DNA of 63,629 nt from Octopus bimaculoides (taxonomy: Eukaryota), in contig NC_068987.1 in the NCBI RefSeq assembly GCF_001194135.2, forward strand, positions 106,777,942 to 106,841,570, written 5' to 3'. This document shows positions 50,576 to 63,629 of this stretch, piece by piece. The first letter of the stretch is position 1. Each line of letters begins with the position of its first letter. The notes under the pieces were generated by a model. The model made no database searches and was not told the origin of the DNA. It was given only the letters and a program-made list of their open reading frames with translations. Position numbers and translations under genes: made by a program.

Positions 50576-52072
50576 TGTGTTTGGGTGTATACATGTGTGT
50601 ATCATACAATATTGTATTTTATTTTAAATGCATCTTGAACTGCAGAACATTTCCTCAGTAAGTTACCACTTGCGGTTTTCTACCACTAATTCTGAGCACT
50701 ATTTAAGCTCAGGGTAAAAGTCTTGATTATTTGACCCATTTCAAAGAACGTATGATATATCACCTTTTGCACGTGCAGCAGCGTACCGAATTACGAGTAG
50801 CTGCAACGACCGAATATTTTGATTTTAAGTGTTGAGCTTTGATTTCTCACTCATATATTGCTACCGTATCCATGACAAATCGTTCTATACGACACGTTCA
50901 CTTTTTTAAATCACTGAGCTGCCATTTCTGTCAGTCTAGTGCCAACGATGAAGGAAATCCTATATCAAGCAAAAATCCACGATCATGTCTGTCGCTACGT
51001 TCTTCATATTTTAAGCACGTTATTTGTATCTGCCTTCCAGAATCATATGTAACTCAACAACTAGTATTGAAATGTCACTTCAAACTAGTTCAATGCGTTT
51101 CTTTTTATTATGATAGCCTTAAAAACGAAATTGGAGCTTAATTGTCATTGAATCTTAGAGGAAAGACAACGTTGTATTGCGACCATCAGATTCTCAACAA
51201 AAGAACATCATAAAACCAGTGCTGCATGATCATTTGAGCGAAACTGCAGATTTGTTTTATGACAGTCTGCTTTAGGTTGGCTGCAACCATCTTGGTATTT
51301 ATCTAAGAAACTGGGTATTTAGGTGAAGACCCCCAGTGACTTATACCGTCTGTTCTCTTACTATCTGTTCTTTAACTCTCTGTTCTCTTCCAGTGCAAAA
51401 GCGATACTCCTACGCATTTTCGGTACTGTGAACAGATTGCGGTTTTTCTTAGTATGACATCGATATTAATTATATAACTCCTACAACTGCAGCTGAAGAG
51501 ATTCTGATTCTATAATTATTTCCACAATAGAGGTAATTCGACATTATGTAATGAGTAAAAGTGATTCGCCATAGTGAAATCAGTGAAACACTGAAGGCAC
51601 ACTAGTATGAGTTACACAGAATTTAGTATGCTATTAAATTGTCTTCTTATGATACTCAGATAACAAGGGCTATCGAAAAACGTTTTCTTCTTTCTTTAAC
51701 AGAGCCCCGAGACTATTAGTCAAATGAAAGAATGAAACGACATCTCATTTGTCATCTCTTGACCAAACACACTTAGCATGTATACTAACAATACTTAAAC
51801 CATTTACGACAGCTGAGGAATAGGCGGTATTGTTAAACCGCTGCACAAATTATCTCTACAGGACAAATCTGCACGGTTATCGTTTAGCTACTTGATCCTG
51901 TAATCCTTGGTAGACACATAAAATAATGGAACACAGATCAGCTAGAGATATACGTAGTACTATTAAACACGAAACTATGGAAAAAATCCTTCAATAGATT
52001 ATGTATAAAATGATTGTTTAAAGAGGAACCGATAGGCGTTCACGACGCACGAAGGATCTATTATAGGGTATA

Positions 52073-52112
<40 letters not shown>

Positions 52113-52399
52113 TATGGTATATTTTGTTAAGAACGTAGTAGAGTACAGTATGAATCTCATCCAGCTTCAGATTTACCCTGTGCTATCCGGTAGTACTATT
52201 ATACGTACCTCCAGGTTTGCTTTTGAGCATCTCTCACGTGTGAATAGATAATTGGAGAAGAAGGGGTACGGTTGGACATTAGTCTTTTGATCGCTACAAT
52301 TGTTTCCACGCAACCTGGTTCCCGAGGCATGCAGGTGCTTGATCATATAATCGCTTCCCTGTATTATGAAATCTAGTTGTGCTTGCTCAGGCGATATGT

Positions 52400-54130
52400 A
52401 AATATTCTTTCCGTAATTTCACACTCCAAAATTATACAGTTATATATAGATAACTACTACTCCACAATTAATCCTATAACACTCGATAAAGCACTTATAT
52501 TTGCAATAAGAAAATGTAGTTTATGTAAGTCAGATGTACACATAATATTAAAGGCCCGAGAAACGGTTATAAATTACGACAACAAAATATGGACAACATC
52601 AGATAGAACGAATTCAGTTCAGGTCACGGATATCGTAGGAATGTACAGCTTATTCCACATCAAATCTTCATTCCTACAAATAGTGGGGAGTCTATACACA
52701 GACGATGCACTTTCCCAATTAAATGATTGTACTAAAGTAGAAATGGAGAGATACAGACAAAAACTACAAAAAATATTTTAAAATTTCGGCCTATCTATAA
52801 ACATAGACAGTGATTACCGTAAGGTAAATTTCCTAGATGCTACTTTTAACTTAGAAGCATGGATGTACGAACCATACCACAAACCGAACGAGTGTCTTAG
52901 ATACATAAATAAAGTCCAATCATCTGCCATCTATAATCAAAGGAATAGTTAAGAACATAGACACTAGAATATCACGCCTGTCAGCCACCGAAACTATATT
53001 CAACATAGACACACCTTAATACAATGAAGTACTAGCTAGGGTCGGGTATAATGAAACGATCACGCTCACACCTGGCAAACACCCATGCACCTCAAGTAGA
53101 AAACACACACAACACGAAAAGCCACAAACACAAAGCAATAAACATAAAAACTCTAGACAGAATCGAAAAAAATGAAAAAATTTTTTTTAATCCACAAAGA
53201 TTAACAATGATAGCGAAAGTGACACAAAATGCCAACACCACACACAGTAGATAAAAGGAACCAAACAAAAAATGCTAAAATTCAGAGGTCTTCTAGTATA
53301 ACCCAATTTTCGGATTGCAAATATTATTGAAGATAGGTAAACAATTCCCTAAAACACATAAATACCATAGTATTTTCAACAAGCACTCAGTGAAAGTAAA
53401 ACACATCCAACAAAATGGAGTGCTACATGTACAAAAACAACAATAAAAAACATACTTGCAAATAACGACCACAGATATGGAACAAACAGATCAAAACAAC
53501 ACAGTGTATAGGAACAATAACAAAAATAAACACAGTAGGGATCAGAAAAACATGGGGAAAGCGACACTTATAATACAATTCAAACAAAGACTCTAAAAAG
53601 AATTGAGAAAACATGCTATAACATCAAGAATATTCAGACACTGCTAATTAACCTGAACATCACACCCACAAAGAAAAAAATCAACAAATAATTACAGAAA
53701 TAATAATAGTGCAAATAATTGCAGCTGTCGCAAGAAATCTGCTTGTCCACTCAGAAGCCAACGCATGGAAAAAACATTATAAACAAATGTACAATCATCA
53801 CACGGCAACATAAATAAGTGCACTGCTGAAACCAATTTAATGTCCGTTATCGCAACCATATCTCTTTATTCCAAAAGATAAACCGGTGACACGCAACATT
53901 ACTAACGGACCTAAAAAGGAGCTTAATAGCAGGAAAAATAAAATATGAAATAGAATGGACAATAATAAATACTGCACACCTATGGAATCCACTATCATGC
54001 GTATCTGACTTGTGCCTTGTGGAAGGTAAATAAGCATGCTGAGAAAATACCGAGATGTTCCCACCGCGCCAAATATGCATTTTCTAGATTCAGAACAGTG
54101 AAATAATAATAATAATAATAATAATAATAA
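52400..54130 (+). mobile_element. Penelope-like element (RT C-terminus plus GIY-YIG), 5'-truncated, degenerate, (AAT)n tail
   Basis: DIVGMYSL..LYTDDAL; KVNFLDATFNL..YEPYHKPNE; SNHLPSIIK..RISRLS; YNPIF..KQFPKTHKYHSIFNKHSVKV; CSCRKKSACPL; RYRNHIS; IEWTII..DLCLVE; CPHRAKY. Many stops and frameshifts. Confidence 0.88.
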
Positions 54131-54149
54131 TCATTTGAACTCTCTCCCT

Positions 54150-54259
54150 CTCCTCCTCACCTGTCCATGTGTGCATGTGTCGAGTTGCATTTTGATACAT
54201 AGCTATATGCGCCTGTTTGCGTATTTACTATGAATGAATGCATGTATGTACCTACATAA

Positions 54260-54338
<79 letters not shown>

Positions 54339-54530
54339 TATATATATATATATATATATGTATATGTATATGTATGTGTGTGTGTGTGCATATGTGTATG
54401 TGTTTGTGTGTGTGAGGGTGTAACTGTGTTTGTGTAACTGTGTGTATGCACGCACGAGCATCTGTGTATGTATGTATATACGTGTGTATGTATGTGCATA
54501 TATTAGTATATGTGAGCGTGTGAGTGTATA

Positions 54531-54571
<41 letters not shown>

Positions 54572-54575
54572 TATA

Positions 54576-54633
<58 letters not shown>

Positions 54634-54640
54634 CATCTGA
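54150..54640. repeat. (TA)/(GA)/(TG) compound microsatellite
   Basis: Seen directly. Confidence 0.95.
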
Positions 54641-55219
54641 CTGTGTTCGAGCGTTAGTAATCTTATTAGTCAGCTATGGACAAACGTATGCGTAAACAAC
54701 CGGGAAGAACAAATCTAGAATACAAAGAAATTAAATGCCAATCACTTTAAAATAGCAATCACTCCAACAGTAGCAAAATCACTATCTCACTACGTCTACC
54801 CGTTCGTAACAGTTTACCAAGGGTCCTTCACCAACAACACACCCTAATAATCTCAATGACGATTACTAGATTCAGGCAACGATAGAGAAGATGCTCTTGC
54901 AGCCGAGTATTTTGAACTTACGGATGCAATATTTGCTTACAACCTGAGGAAACATAACTAGATATCAAAATGCAAGGAAGTGGCTACATAATCAAGTATC
55001 TTCACACCATTAGAACTACTTTGCGTAGAAACAATTGTAGCGGTTAACAAATAAATGTCCAACCGTACTCCTTCTTGTTGACTCCAATTTTCCAATTATG
55101 TATGTATGTATGCATATAATTTCAAAATGTAGCCTGTCTGCTAATACTTTACATGTACCACGTCCTCGGGTCGTTATTTTTTTGAGCTTGTTCTTCATTT
55201 TTTTTTTTGGGGGGGGATA

Positions 55220-55261
<42 letters not shown>

Positions 55262-55280
55262 GCGTGTGTGTAATAGTAAA

Positions 55281-55606
55281 AGTATAGGAGCACTCCGTCG
55301 GTTACGACGACGAGGGTCCCAGCTGATACGATCAACGGAACAGCTTGCTCGTGAAATTAACGTGCAAGTGACTGAGCATTCCACAGACACGTGTACCCCT
55401 AACATAATTCTCAGGGAGATTCAGCGTGACACAGAGTGTGACAAGACGGCCCTTTGAAATACAGGTACTACTTATTTTTGCCAGCTGAGTGGACTGGAGC
55501 AACGTGAAATAAAGTGTCTTGCTCAAGGACACAACGCGTCGCCGGGAATTGAGCTCACGACCTTACCATCGTGAGCCGAATGTCCTAACCACTAAGCAAC
55601 GCACTT
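55281..55606 (-). mobile_element. SINE family C, best-preserved copy
   Basis: Minus head TTGCTTAGTGGTTAGG..GAGCTCAATTCCCGG, then GTTGTGTCCTTGAGCAAGACACTT and the body. Confidence 0.93.
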
Positions 55607-55700
55607 TCACACACACACACTCACACACACACACACACACACACACATACATCTGTGTGTGTGTAAATATGTATATGTACATTTATATATAAATAACGAT

Positions 55701-55737
<37 letters not shown>

Positions 55738-57752
55738 GATTCAGGATATCATGATGAATATTGGAGAATTATACGTTCCATGGAATATGAAAGAATTACT
55801 TTAATAAATGAATAGTGAAAATGTGTAATTCTCCATTTCTCATTACGATGATTTGATCATAAACTCAGTAAACAACATAACATTCACTACAGCGAACTCG
55901 GGATTAACATTTTAGTCGTTCTTAAAGGCTTGTAACTGTTCCTTTTCATCCAATGCGGTAAGAAAATATAATTCTGGAATGTATCAGAGTCCTCGTAAGG
56001 AGGGACCTGTCCGGATTTCAAATNNNNNNNNNNNNNNNNNNNNNNNNNNNNNNNNNNNNNNNNNNNNNNNNNNNNNNNNNNNNNNNNNNNNNNNNNNNNN
56101 NNNNNNNNNNNNNNNNNNNNNNNNNNNNNNNNNNNNNNNNNNNNNNNNNNNNNNNNNNNNNNNNNNNNNNNNNNNNNNNNNNNNNNNNNNNNNNNNNNNN
56201 NNNNNNNNNNNNNATATATATATAAATGTATATTTGCGTCAACTAAGAAGTTTGTCGGAAATATACGTTGCACAACACTAACATGACACCATACATAAAT
56301 TTTAGATCATATGAACACAAGTGGTATCTGGAATATTTCAGCAATCATAACCGTGACGTAAATTACGGCATGAAATTCGGTGGGGCGGAGAGAAGGGTTA
56401 TCATATGTCAGTAAACGTAGCGTTAGGCAATAACATGTATTTGCTTTCAATAAACTTATCGTGGAAATTTTAAGTTAAAATTTCTAGTGGTTCGAAAATA
56501 TGTGCATTAAAAAAAAAGAAAAAAAACAATCAAAACTAGTTTTGGAATTTTATATTTAAGAAAATTAATATTATATATTTTGTCTTGCAGTTATGTTTAC
56601 TTTATGTTTTGTATTGCAGAGAAATTTAAATGAAAAAAAAAATACGTAAATAAATAATTGAATTGAGAATTATTATAATTGAATATATAAATAAATACAT
56701 TATTTACATATCGCTTAAAATCCTTTCACGTATTTCAAGTGGTGTATGTCAAACACATTCTGAAAGATTTTACTGAATTTTTCTCATTTTCTCGTTTTGT
56801 CAGAAGGTTGTATGTATATATGATATATGTAAGTATATATATATATATATATATATATATNNNNNNNNNNNNNNNNNNNNNNNNNNNNNNNNNNNNNNNN
56901 NNNNNNNNNNNNNNNNNNNNNNNNNNNNNNNNNNNNNNNNNNNNNNNNNNNNNNNNNNNNNNNNNNNNNNNNNNNNNNNNNNNNNNNNNNNNNNNNNNNN
57001 NNNNNNNNNNNNNNNNNNNNNNNNNNNNNNNNNNNNNNNNNNNNNNNNNNNNNNNNNNNNNNNNNNNNNNNNNNNNNNNNNNNNNNNNNNNNNNNNNNNN
57101 NNNNNNNNNNNNNNNNNNNNNNNNNNNNNNNNNNNNNNNNNNNNNNNNNNNNNNNNNNNNNNNNNNNNNNNNNNNNNNNNNNNNNNNNNNNNNNNNNNNN
57201 NNNNNNNNNNNNNNNNNNNNNNNNNNNNNNNNNNNNNNNNNNNNNNNNNNNNNNNNNNNNNNNNNNNNNNNNNNNNNNNNNNNNNNNNNNNNNNNNNNNN
57301 NNNNNNNNNNNNNNNNNNNNNNNNNNNNNNNNNNNNNNNNNNNNNNNNNNNNNNNNNNNNNNNNNNNNNNNNNNNNNNNNNNNNNNNNNNNNNNNNNNNN
57401 NNNNNNNNNNNNNNNNNNNNNNNNNNNNNNNNNNNNNNNNNNNNNNNNNNNNNNNNNNNNNNNNNNNNNNNNNNNNNNNNNNNNNNNNNNNNNNNNNNNN
57501 NNNNNNNNNNNNNNNNNNNNNNNNNNNNNNNNNNNNNNNNNNNNNNNNNNNNNNNNNNNNNNNNNNNNNNNNNNNNNNNNNNNNNNNNNNNNNNNNNNNN
57601 NNNNNNNNNNNNNNNNNNNNNNNNNNNNNNNNNNNNNNNNNNNNNNNNNNNNNNNNNNNNNNNNNNNNNNNNNNNNNNNNNNNNNNNNNNNNNNNNNNNN
57701 NNNNNNNNNNNNNNNNNNNNNNNNNNNNNNNNNNNNNNNNNNNNNNNNNNNN

Positions 57753-57827
<75 letters not shown>

Positions 57828-58789
57828 GGAGAGAGTGTAGTACATAGTTTTCAAATCTCTAATTGAAGAGAAAATGTTGCTTCTTCTCTCGATAAGTATA
57901 GATATTAGCGAGAGAAATATGGGGTAACTTTTAGAAATTTACCACGAAATACAGCAAGGAGCCCTTGAACTACTTAAAAGAAATATGGATAAAGTGTATA
58001 TCGGCAGACAGTGCTTGTATTTTACTCAGATGTTGTTGCAAATGGATTACAGTTTCAAAATTTCCGTCTTTTTATGGACATGTGCTGTGCCTTTACTTAT
58101 AGGAGAGTTGCATTTGACTTGTGAAAGATTTGCTTGCTCTTTTTCGCATGCTACTGTTTCTCACGTGACTGTGTAACATAGTGGCCCTCCTGCTGGCTGA
58201 CTCGTTTGCAGCTCTGAGCTTGGTTGAAACAACTACGATTTATGGTAGCAATCTTTTACTGATGACAATAGCCATACATCTTATGCAAAACTTCCAGATG
58301 CATTTTAGAACATGGTGACATGTTCTTCTATTTTACTATTTTAGTATACCTAGCATACTATCTGTTCATTGTGTTACAGATTAACGTTGTTTATATAACC
58401 TCATGCACCAGAGCATTCCCGTATTTCATGGCGAAATTGCATGATAAATCTACTGGTTGTAACTTCGTTTATCACAACCTCTATTATTCCATAGACCGCA
58501 TAAGTTGCGAAGATAATGAAGAAATTTTAAAAGCTGTAAAAAAAGGAGGGAAAAAGACAAAAACAACACTTTTAAGTTATCCCTTATTGCGTTAGTCATA
58601 TCTATGCCAGGCACAAAAACTATCTATATTTCAGTATTTCAGTTGAGAACATGCATACACCCGTACGAGTTTGTCATAACAGATAGTATTGCATTGTTAA
58701 TTTGAAGTTCGGATTTTCCTCGACTGGAAACGCTGGTCAGTCTAGCCCATTGGGGTGGGAAAAATGCAGAGTACGTGCAGAGTACATTA

Positions 58790-59300
58790 AAGTGGCGTTT
58801 TACTATTAAACTTCGCAAATGCAGGGTAGAGATCTTAATTACTTTGAAAGACTCTGAGAACAAAGATCGATGCACCGTAATACGTTTGAGAGTATATTGA
58901 TCGAGTCTCAAACGGCTCAAATGGGTTTAAGTGAGATAGCTGACATAATGGCCACAAAATCCAAGTTTCACACCGGAAGTGGGTCCACTATCTCACCAGC
59001 CTGTAAAAATATGCTGAAAACCATGGGGGGGGGGGAGACTACAGAAGGTATTAGCAAAACTTTCAATTGATACAAACCACACAAAACACTTAGATCTAAG
59101 AAATGATCCCTACTTTAGCTAATCAACTGACAATGCTGGAAGAAAACGTTGACTGCTATTTCCGTCATTGAGCAAACAAAATTGCAACTGTAGTCAAAAA
59201 GACTTCATAACTAATCTTTTCAATATCGGGATTCAGTTGTCTGAAGAGGAAATGGCAACCGGTTTTAATAGTCGCAGGCTTACAACAAAATACTCGTAGA
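58790..59300 (+). mobile_element. hAT (Buster/Charlie-like) transposase relic
   Basis: DLNYFERL; SEIADIMATKSKFHTGSGSTISPACKNMLKTMGG (cf. IAK..KPHT..E.LI.PAC....TM.G); DPYFS*STDNAGRK.LLF (cf. FSLQLDESTD..G.AQLL). Confidence 0.6.
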
Positions 59301-59879
59301 TATAATGACCCGACGTAGCTAATAAATTGCTATTAGTCTTGTTGCAATTTTCTGTTCCCTATGTGAGTACAATACCAGCAAAAAATAATCTATACAAAAA
59401 GAAGTGAAAGAAATTCGCTGCTTTTATATTGATATGAGGGTATACTTAACCCACATGTTGAAGCAATGGCAAAAAAAAAAGAAACATCAGACTCAAGTTA
59501 CTCAGTAATCAATCTCCATGATAGGATACTACAAAGAAAGACGTTCATAGCTGTGGTGTTTAACAATCTGATGTTTTTGCAATAATATCTAAAATTGTAT
59601 ATTTTTAGGTAATTTTAAAATTACGTACTTGGTTTTCCAAGACATTTCTATCTGCTCCTAGATGTGTTATCAGAACAAAAAAGGGCCGAGAACATAGAAC
59701 ATAAGGAAAGATCGAAATCCTTTCAAAAGTGAGCGATGGAGTCCGTTGAATAAGAATAAGAAAAAAGAAGTAAAGAGTGTGGCAGATGCATAGATAAGAT
59801 CGACAAGGTGTCGCTATAATATTATAAGTTGAGACCGAACAGTGTTTTAAGGAAGGACGATGTGCAGCAGAATTAAATG

Positions 59880-60040
59880 CCAAAGAATGATAAATGCTAT
59901 AAAAAGAAAAGTTGAGAATGAATAGGAATTGTTGACCAGTCCTCTGTTAGGCATAAGTGATTGGATGTCAAGGTGTCAACACATTAGAAACCATCCGATG
60001 TGGAAAATCATGACAGCCTCAGCAGAACATTAAGAAAAGA
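59880..60040 (+). mobile_element. Possible very old RTE-like LINE 3' end
   Basis: DWM...RNHPMWKIMTA resembles the RTE terminal DR..WR.M.A motif; weak. Confidence 0.25.
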
Positions 60041-61427
60041 AAGTAAGTAAAGCTGATAGGCAAAGGCGATCTTATAAGGAGTGGGGATTAAATAGTAGCG
60101 GAAGTAATTAAGAAATATTTATAATGACGAAGATAAATATTAAATAAAGTCTAAAGGACATAAACTCATACGGTTATTAGATCTTATAACAGACAATGCT
60201 AAGGGTAAAGTCTATTAATTAGAAGACTTTACTAGAACATGTCAGTATAAAAGAAGTAGAAAGAAGTAGAACATATTGCCCTGAGACAAATAAGATAAAT
60301 ACTTTTTGAAGATTCGAAGTCGGCTAGAGATAATATAGCTGGTATTTAGGAGTTCAAAAGAGTGTGGACGTCCGCTTAAAATCCGGATGGACTCTATAGA
60401 GAGACAAGTGAAGTTCATCGTTGTAAAAGCGGCCTCTTCGTTTTAATAATGGACAGAGTAATGTTTTAATAGTGGACAAAGTAAGGGAAGTTTATGTTCA
60501 TTAGCTAAAGTATGTGATTAGGTAAGGGAGTGGAACATTTATGTTTAGAAGGGGAAAATGAAAGAATGTCTCATTTAAACACAAAACTTCGAAATGTATA
60601 TGTATACAAATATTTGTATATAAGCATTTATATATATATATGTATGTGTGTGTGTGTGTNNNNNNNNNNNNNNNNNNNNNNNNNNNNNNNNNNNNNNNNN
60701 NNNNNNNNNNNNNNNNNNNNNNNNNNNNNNNNNNNNNNNNNNNNNNNNNNNNNNNNNNNNNNNNNNNNNNNNNNNNNNNNNNNNNNNTATATATATATAT
60801 ATGTATATATATTTATGTATATATATATACATATATATATATGTATGTGTGTGTGTGTGTGTGTTTGTGCTTGTATTATTACACACGAAAACGTGTATAT
60901 GCGTACATGTATATGGATATAAAAATGTATGAGAAGAGAGAGAGAGAAAGATGCATAAATATATGTGTTTGCGTATGTGTGCGCGTGCGTCTATTAATCA
61001 CCACTATATCTATTTATCTTCCAAACTGAGCAACCAACAACAAAAAATTAATTGAAAATGTGTTATTATATTAGTAATACTTATATTATATTAGTAATAC
61101 TTATGCTATATTAACAGTGCGGATCAGAAAACATGCTCTATGACGCGAGTATTGAATTTCAGAGAACGATTTTGTCGAATTCCGCTTGCACTGAAAGTTT
61201 ATTATAGCCTTGGCTGTGTGTGGTATACACACAGTGGATTCTAGGAAGTTTCATATTATTCGAAGAGGCCGTTATATCTGTTCTACATTATTGTATCTTT
61301 TCGTATGTCATTATTACCCCACGAATAAGCTGACCTGCCAACATTGTTTTCTTCCAGATTGAAGGAGACGGCTGTGAAACCACCTTCAACGTACCCTACT
61401 TTGCAGATTGCAGTGGGGATGTTTGCA

Positions 61428-61965
61428 AACACGCTGTGCGAAAACGTTTTGTATTAAACTGAACAGAGATGCTTCACGAACTTAAAATATGCTTCATATT
61501 ATATATGATTTAAATTTCTCACTGGTACTAGCGGCTCAAGGAATGTAGAGAGGAAACAAGAGACGATGGGAAATATGTATGCAGTGCGGGGGACTATCAG
61601 TGTTGGGGAAATTTACAATTTTCTGAATGAAGACCATCGTGTCTCCATGAAAATCAATACGCATAGAGATCGGTGCAGCAATTGTACACATAATTATTCG
61701 CGAACAACTGAATATGTGCAAACTTGGGCAATATTTGTTCCCAGGTTGTTCAGTTACAGGCATACTGCGAACCAACTAAATAGAGATGGGCCTGAAAACT
61801 GCTCATTATCCTCACTACAGTTCAGACCTAGGAAGTGAAAGGAGGCTGTGGTGACCACAGTCCTGAATATCTTGACTTTGGATTTCTTCTTTGAGGCCCT
61901 AACGAAGTGGTATCAATGCATTAAAAGGAGTACGTTGAAGTCAGACGATCCTACTTTGACAGAGA
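61428..61965 (+). mobile_element. mariner transposase relic with the catalytic core deleted
   Basis: RCAKTFCIKLN; HWY*RLKECREETRDD; NFLNEDHRVS; IVHIIIREQLNMCKL; YPHYSSDL (YSPDL-like); FFFEALTKWYQCIK..EYVE. Confidence 0.8.
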
Positions 61966-62016
61966 TTAGTATTTTGTACACTTTTTAAAAAATCAATAAA
62001 AGTTTTAAGTAAATGT

Positions 62017-62172
62017 AGAAGAAGAAGAAGAAGAAGAAGAAGAAGAAGAAGAAGAAGAAGAAGAAGAAGAAGAAGAAGAAGAAGAAGATGATGATGAAGA
62101 AGAAGCAGAAGAAGAAGAAGAAGAAGAAGAAGAAGAAGAAGAAGAAGAAGAAGAAGAAGAAGAAGATGATGA
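62017..62172. repeat. (GAA)n microsatellite with GAT/GCA interruptions
   Basis: Seen directly. Confidence 0.97.
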
Positions 62173-62290
62173 AGGACGTCTTAGTCTTCTTACTTCATTT
62201 AACGACTCCAAAAAGGATAAAAGGTAAAGTTGACCTAAGCAAGATTCGAACTCAGAAGGCAGACGGTTAAAGCAAGTGATATAAAGCATT
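62173..62290 (-). mobile_element. SINE family A fragment
   Basis: GGATAAAAGGTAAAGTTGACC..ATTCGAACTCAGAAGG. Confidence 0.75.
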
Positions 62291-63019
62291 CCACCTGGTT
62301 GTCTAATGACTGTCAATTAGCTGTCTATGAAAGCGGGAACACATTGTGTGCCATGTATCCTTCCATTTTATTTTAAAACGGTAGGGTGTCAAGTAAAGGA
62401 GATAGATTATTTATGTGTGGAATCATACAAATTACGTAGAAATTGGTTTAGAAATGCAGTGAAATATTCGCACGCCTGTTATTGCAGACTTGGGATTTGT
62501 CCATTTGTCCATTTCATGATTAATTTCATCAATGATTCAATATTAGATGTTAACTGTTAGAAATCCATTCTAATATACTCATTTACAGCCAGGATATTGC
62601 TACTAAAGTGACGAGATATTTATTAATTTTCCTTTCCATCATATTATATAATGGAACAGAAAATGTTTTTAATTGAATTTTGAAAATTATTGTTGTTGCT
62701 GTTTCTGCTCCAGTTGTTGTTTGTTGTTGTTTTGTGTAGTCACAGGTCAGCCCTGATGAAGCTGGCCTAAGTCGAAACGATTTCTAACCTTGAAGGTACC
62801 TCCTTTTTAGAAGAATGTAAGGCTACATTTTTTTAGCGTTGCTTCCTACATATTTAAGACTGAAAGTACAGCAATTTGAGATGCATGCATTTATCTATTA
62901 ATTTTAAGATGTTGTGCACCGTTTAAGGACTTAAATTTCAAATATATATTGGTGAAGTGCAATATTTAGTACGGCAATCAAGAAACTTGAGAAACAATTG
63001 AATTTAAATTACTCGTCGG

Positions 63020-63280
63020 TCAATATTTAAGTGCACCAATGCCCAACACCGATGCCCAGCGGAGCGACAATATGTGGGTTTTCAAGGCATCAAACTTTCC
63101 ATGTACGCATTGTTGGTGTGATGAGAAGGAATGCACAACACTATGTTTGTTATTGATATGCTTGCAGGACTTATTGGAACATTGTTGGGTTGGACACTGG
63201 AACACCTTGAGAAGTAATCTGAGGGATTTCCTATAAGGTTAACAGATTGCGTTGTTATTAGATGGTGGTGAGGTTATTTA
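63020..63280 (-). mobile_element. Possible old Tc1/mariner-superfamily transposase relic
   Basis: Minus frames RKSLR; RTW...ENPHIV.PL....WC resembles N.R.W..ENPH...PL...VWC. Highly decayed. Confidence 0.3.
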
Positions 63281-63589
63281 AGGACCTATAACTCTGGACC
63301 TATGCAATCAGGTTCTTTATCATGCCTGAAATAGTGGCTAAAGTCGCCGTTCACTAATTACGTAACATTCAGGACAATATTGTACTTGCCACAACATATT
63401 GTATGTTGTTATCAGGTAGTTTAACCGTGGTCCAGACTTAAATGATAGAGCTAGTCTATGTCAAAGACATTTAAATGAAGGTGATATGTGTTTTGGTTTT
63501 TCAGCGAATCTAATAGTCTGAGCTTTAAAGGAAAAATGGCTATGTGCGGAAAAAAATTGACATGGATATTTAGCAAGAATATTTCGCTC

Positions 63590-63629
<40 letters not shown>

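Larger units (their letters stand above)
7534..60787. other. Assembly gaps (N runs) at about 7534-7843, 10709-11116, 12720-13382, 13619-13628, 19529-19838, 20993-21303, 22175-22184, 23094-23465, 27685-28417, 30135-30758, 36415-36424, 40370-40391, 43390-43853, 49736-49745, 56024-56212, 56861-57752, 60660-60787
   Basis: N characters, nearly all bordered by microsatellites. The coordinates span first to last gap. Confidence 0.98.

Noticed and set aside
52209-52372. 164-nt open minus-strand segment with a GAG|GTACGT donor
   Set aside because: Weak acceptor, and its middle is the dispersed repeat also found at 55023-55089.
52377-52781. 134-aa plus ORF as a host gene
   Set aside because: It is a Penelope RT fragment (YTDD) with a deletion and downstream frameshifts.
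53720-54090. Selenocysteine recoding in the Penelope GIY-YIG region (reported for some Naiads)
   Set aside because: The in-frame TGA seen does not align with a Cys position and fits CGA>TGA decay; no SECIS recognised.
9246-55606. tRNA genes
   Set aside because: All A/B-box sequences are SINE heads continuing into SINE bodies, with no complete cloverleaf.
7403-61029. Long ORF-track entries containing X runs (up to 375 aa)
   Set aside because: They only span N gaps and flanking microsatellites; no coding information.
61335-61460. GC-richer exon-like island (minus VFANIPTAICKVGYVEGGFTAVSFNLEENNVG; plus IEGDGCETTFNVPYFADCSGDVCKH)
   Set aside because: Both strands give plausible splice sites, so orientation is ambiguous, and it runs directly into the start of the mariner relic at 61428. 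It is more simply the element's 5' region. Not fully excluded.
583-62316. Homopolymer and dipeptide ORFs (poly-N, I, S, YI, CV, ER, HT, K)
   Set aside because: Translations of stop-free microsatellites.
62753-62780. CTGATGA...CGAAAC
   Set aside because: Lies in a decayed family D repeat and no stem II pairing exists.

Overview
AT-rich, microsatellite-saturated animal genomic DNA with about 17 N-gaps that mostly open at (TA)n, (GA)n or (AAT)n tracts, as in a short-read scaffold. The tRNA-derived SINE families and repeat density fit a coleoid cephalopod, most likely Octopus (inference, no database search). It holds no intact protein-coding gene and no bona fide RNA gene; it is probably intronic or intergenic, with two or three weak minus-strand exon candidates. 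Almost all ORF-track entries are microsatellite or N-gap artefacts. The recognisable content is transposon debris: two R4/Dong-like RLE retroelement fragments plus an 88-nt hairpin-capped derivative inside (TAA)n; an RTE endonuclease fragment; an L1/Tx1-like 3' end; two different Penelope-like RT/GIY-YIG fragments; Tc1, mariner and hAT relics and MITEs; and more than 30 SINE pieces from about four families. The most interesting signals are (i) four minimal hammerhead-ribozyme-like motifs, two of them on short elements converging tail-to-tail on one (TA)n tract, (ii) a (TAA)n-associated retroelement cluster with unusual 5' junctions, and (iii) a SINE family with two alternative 3' tails, one matching the L1/Tx1-like LINE tail in this same window. 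All family assignments come from motif recognition by eye and need HMM or BLAST confirmation.
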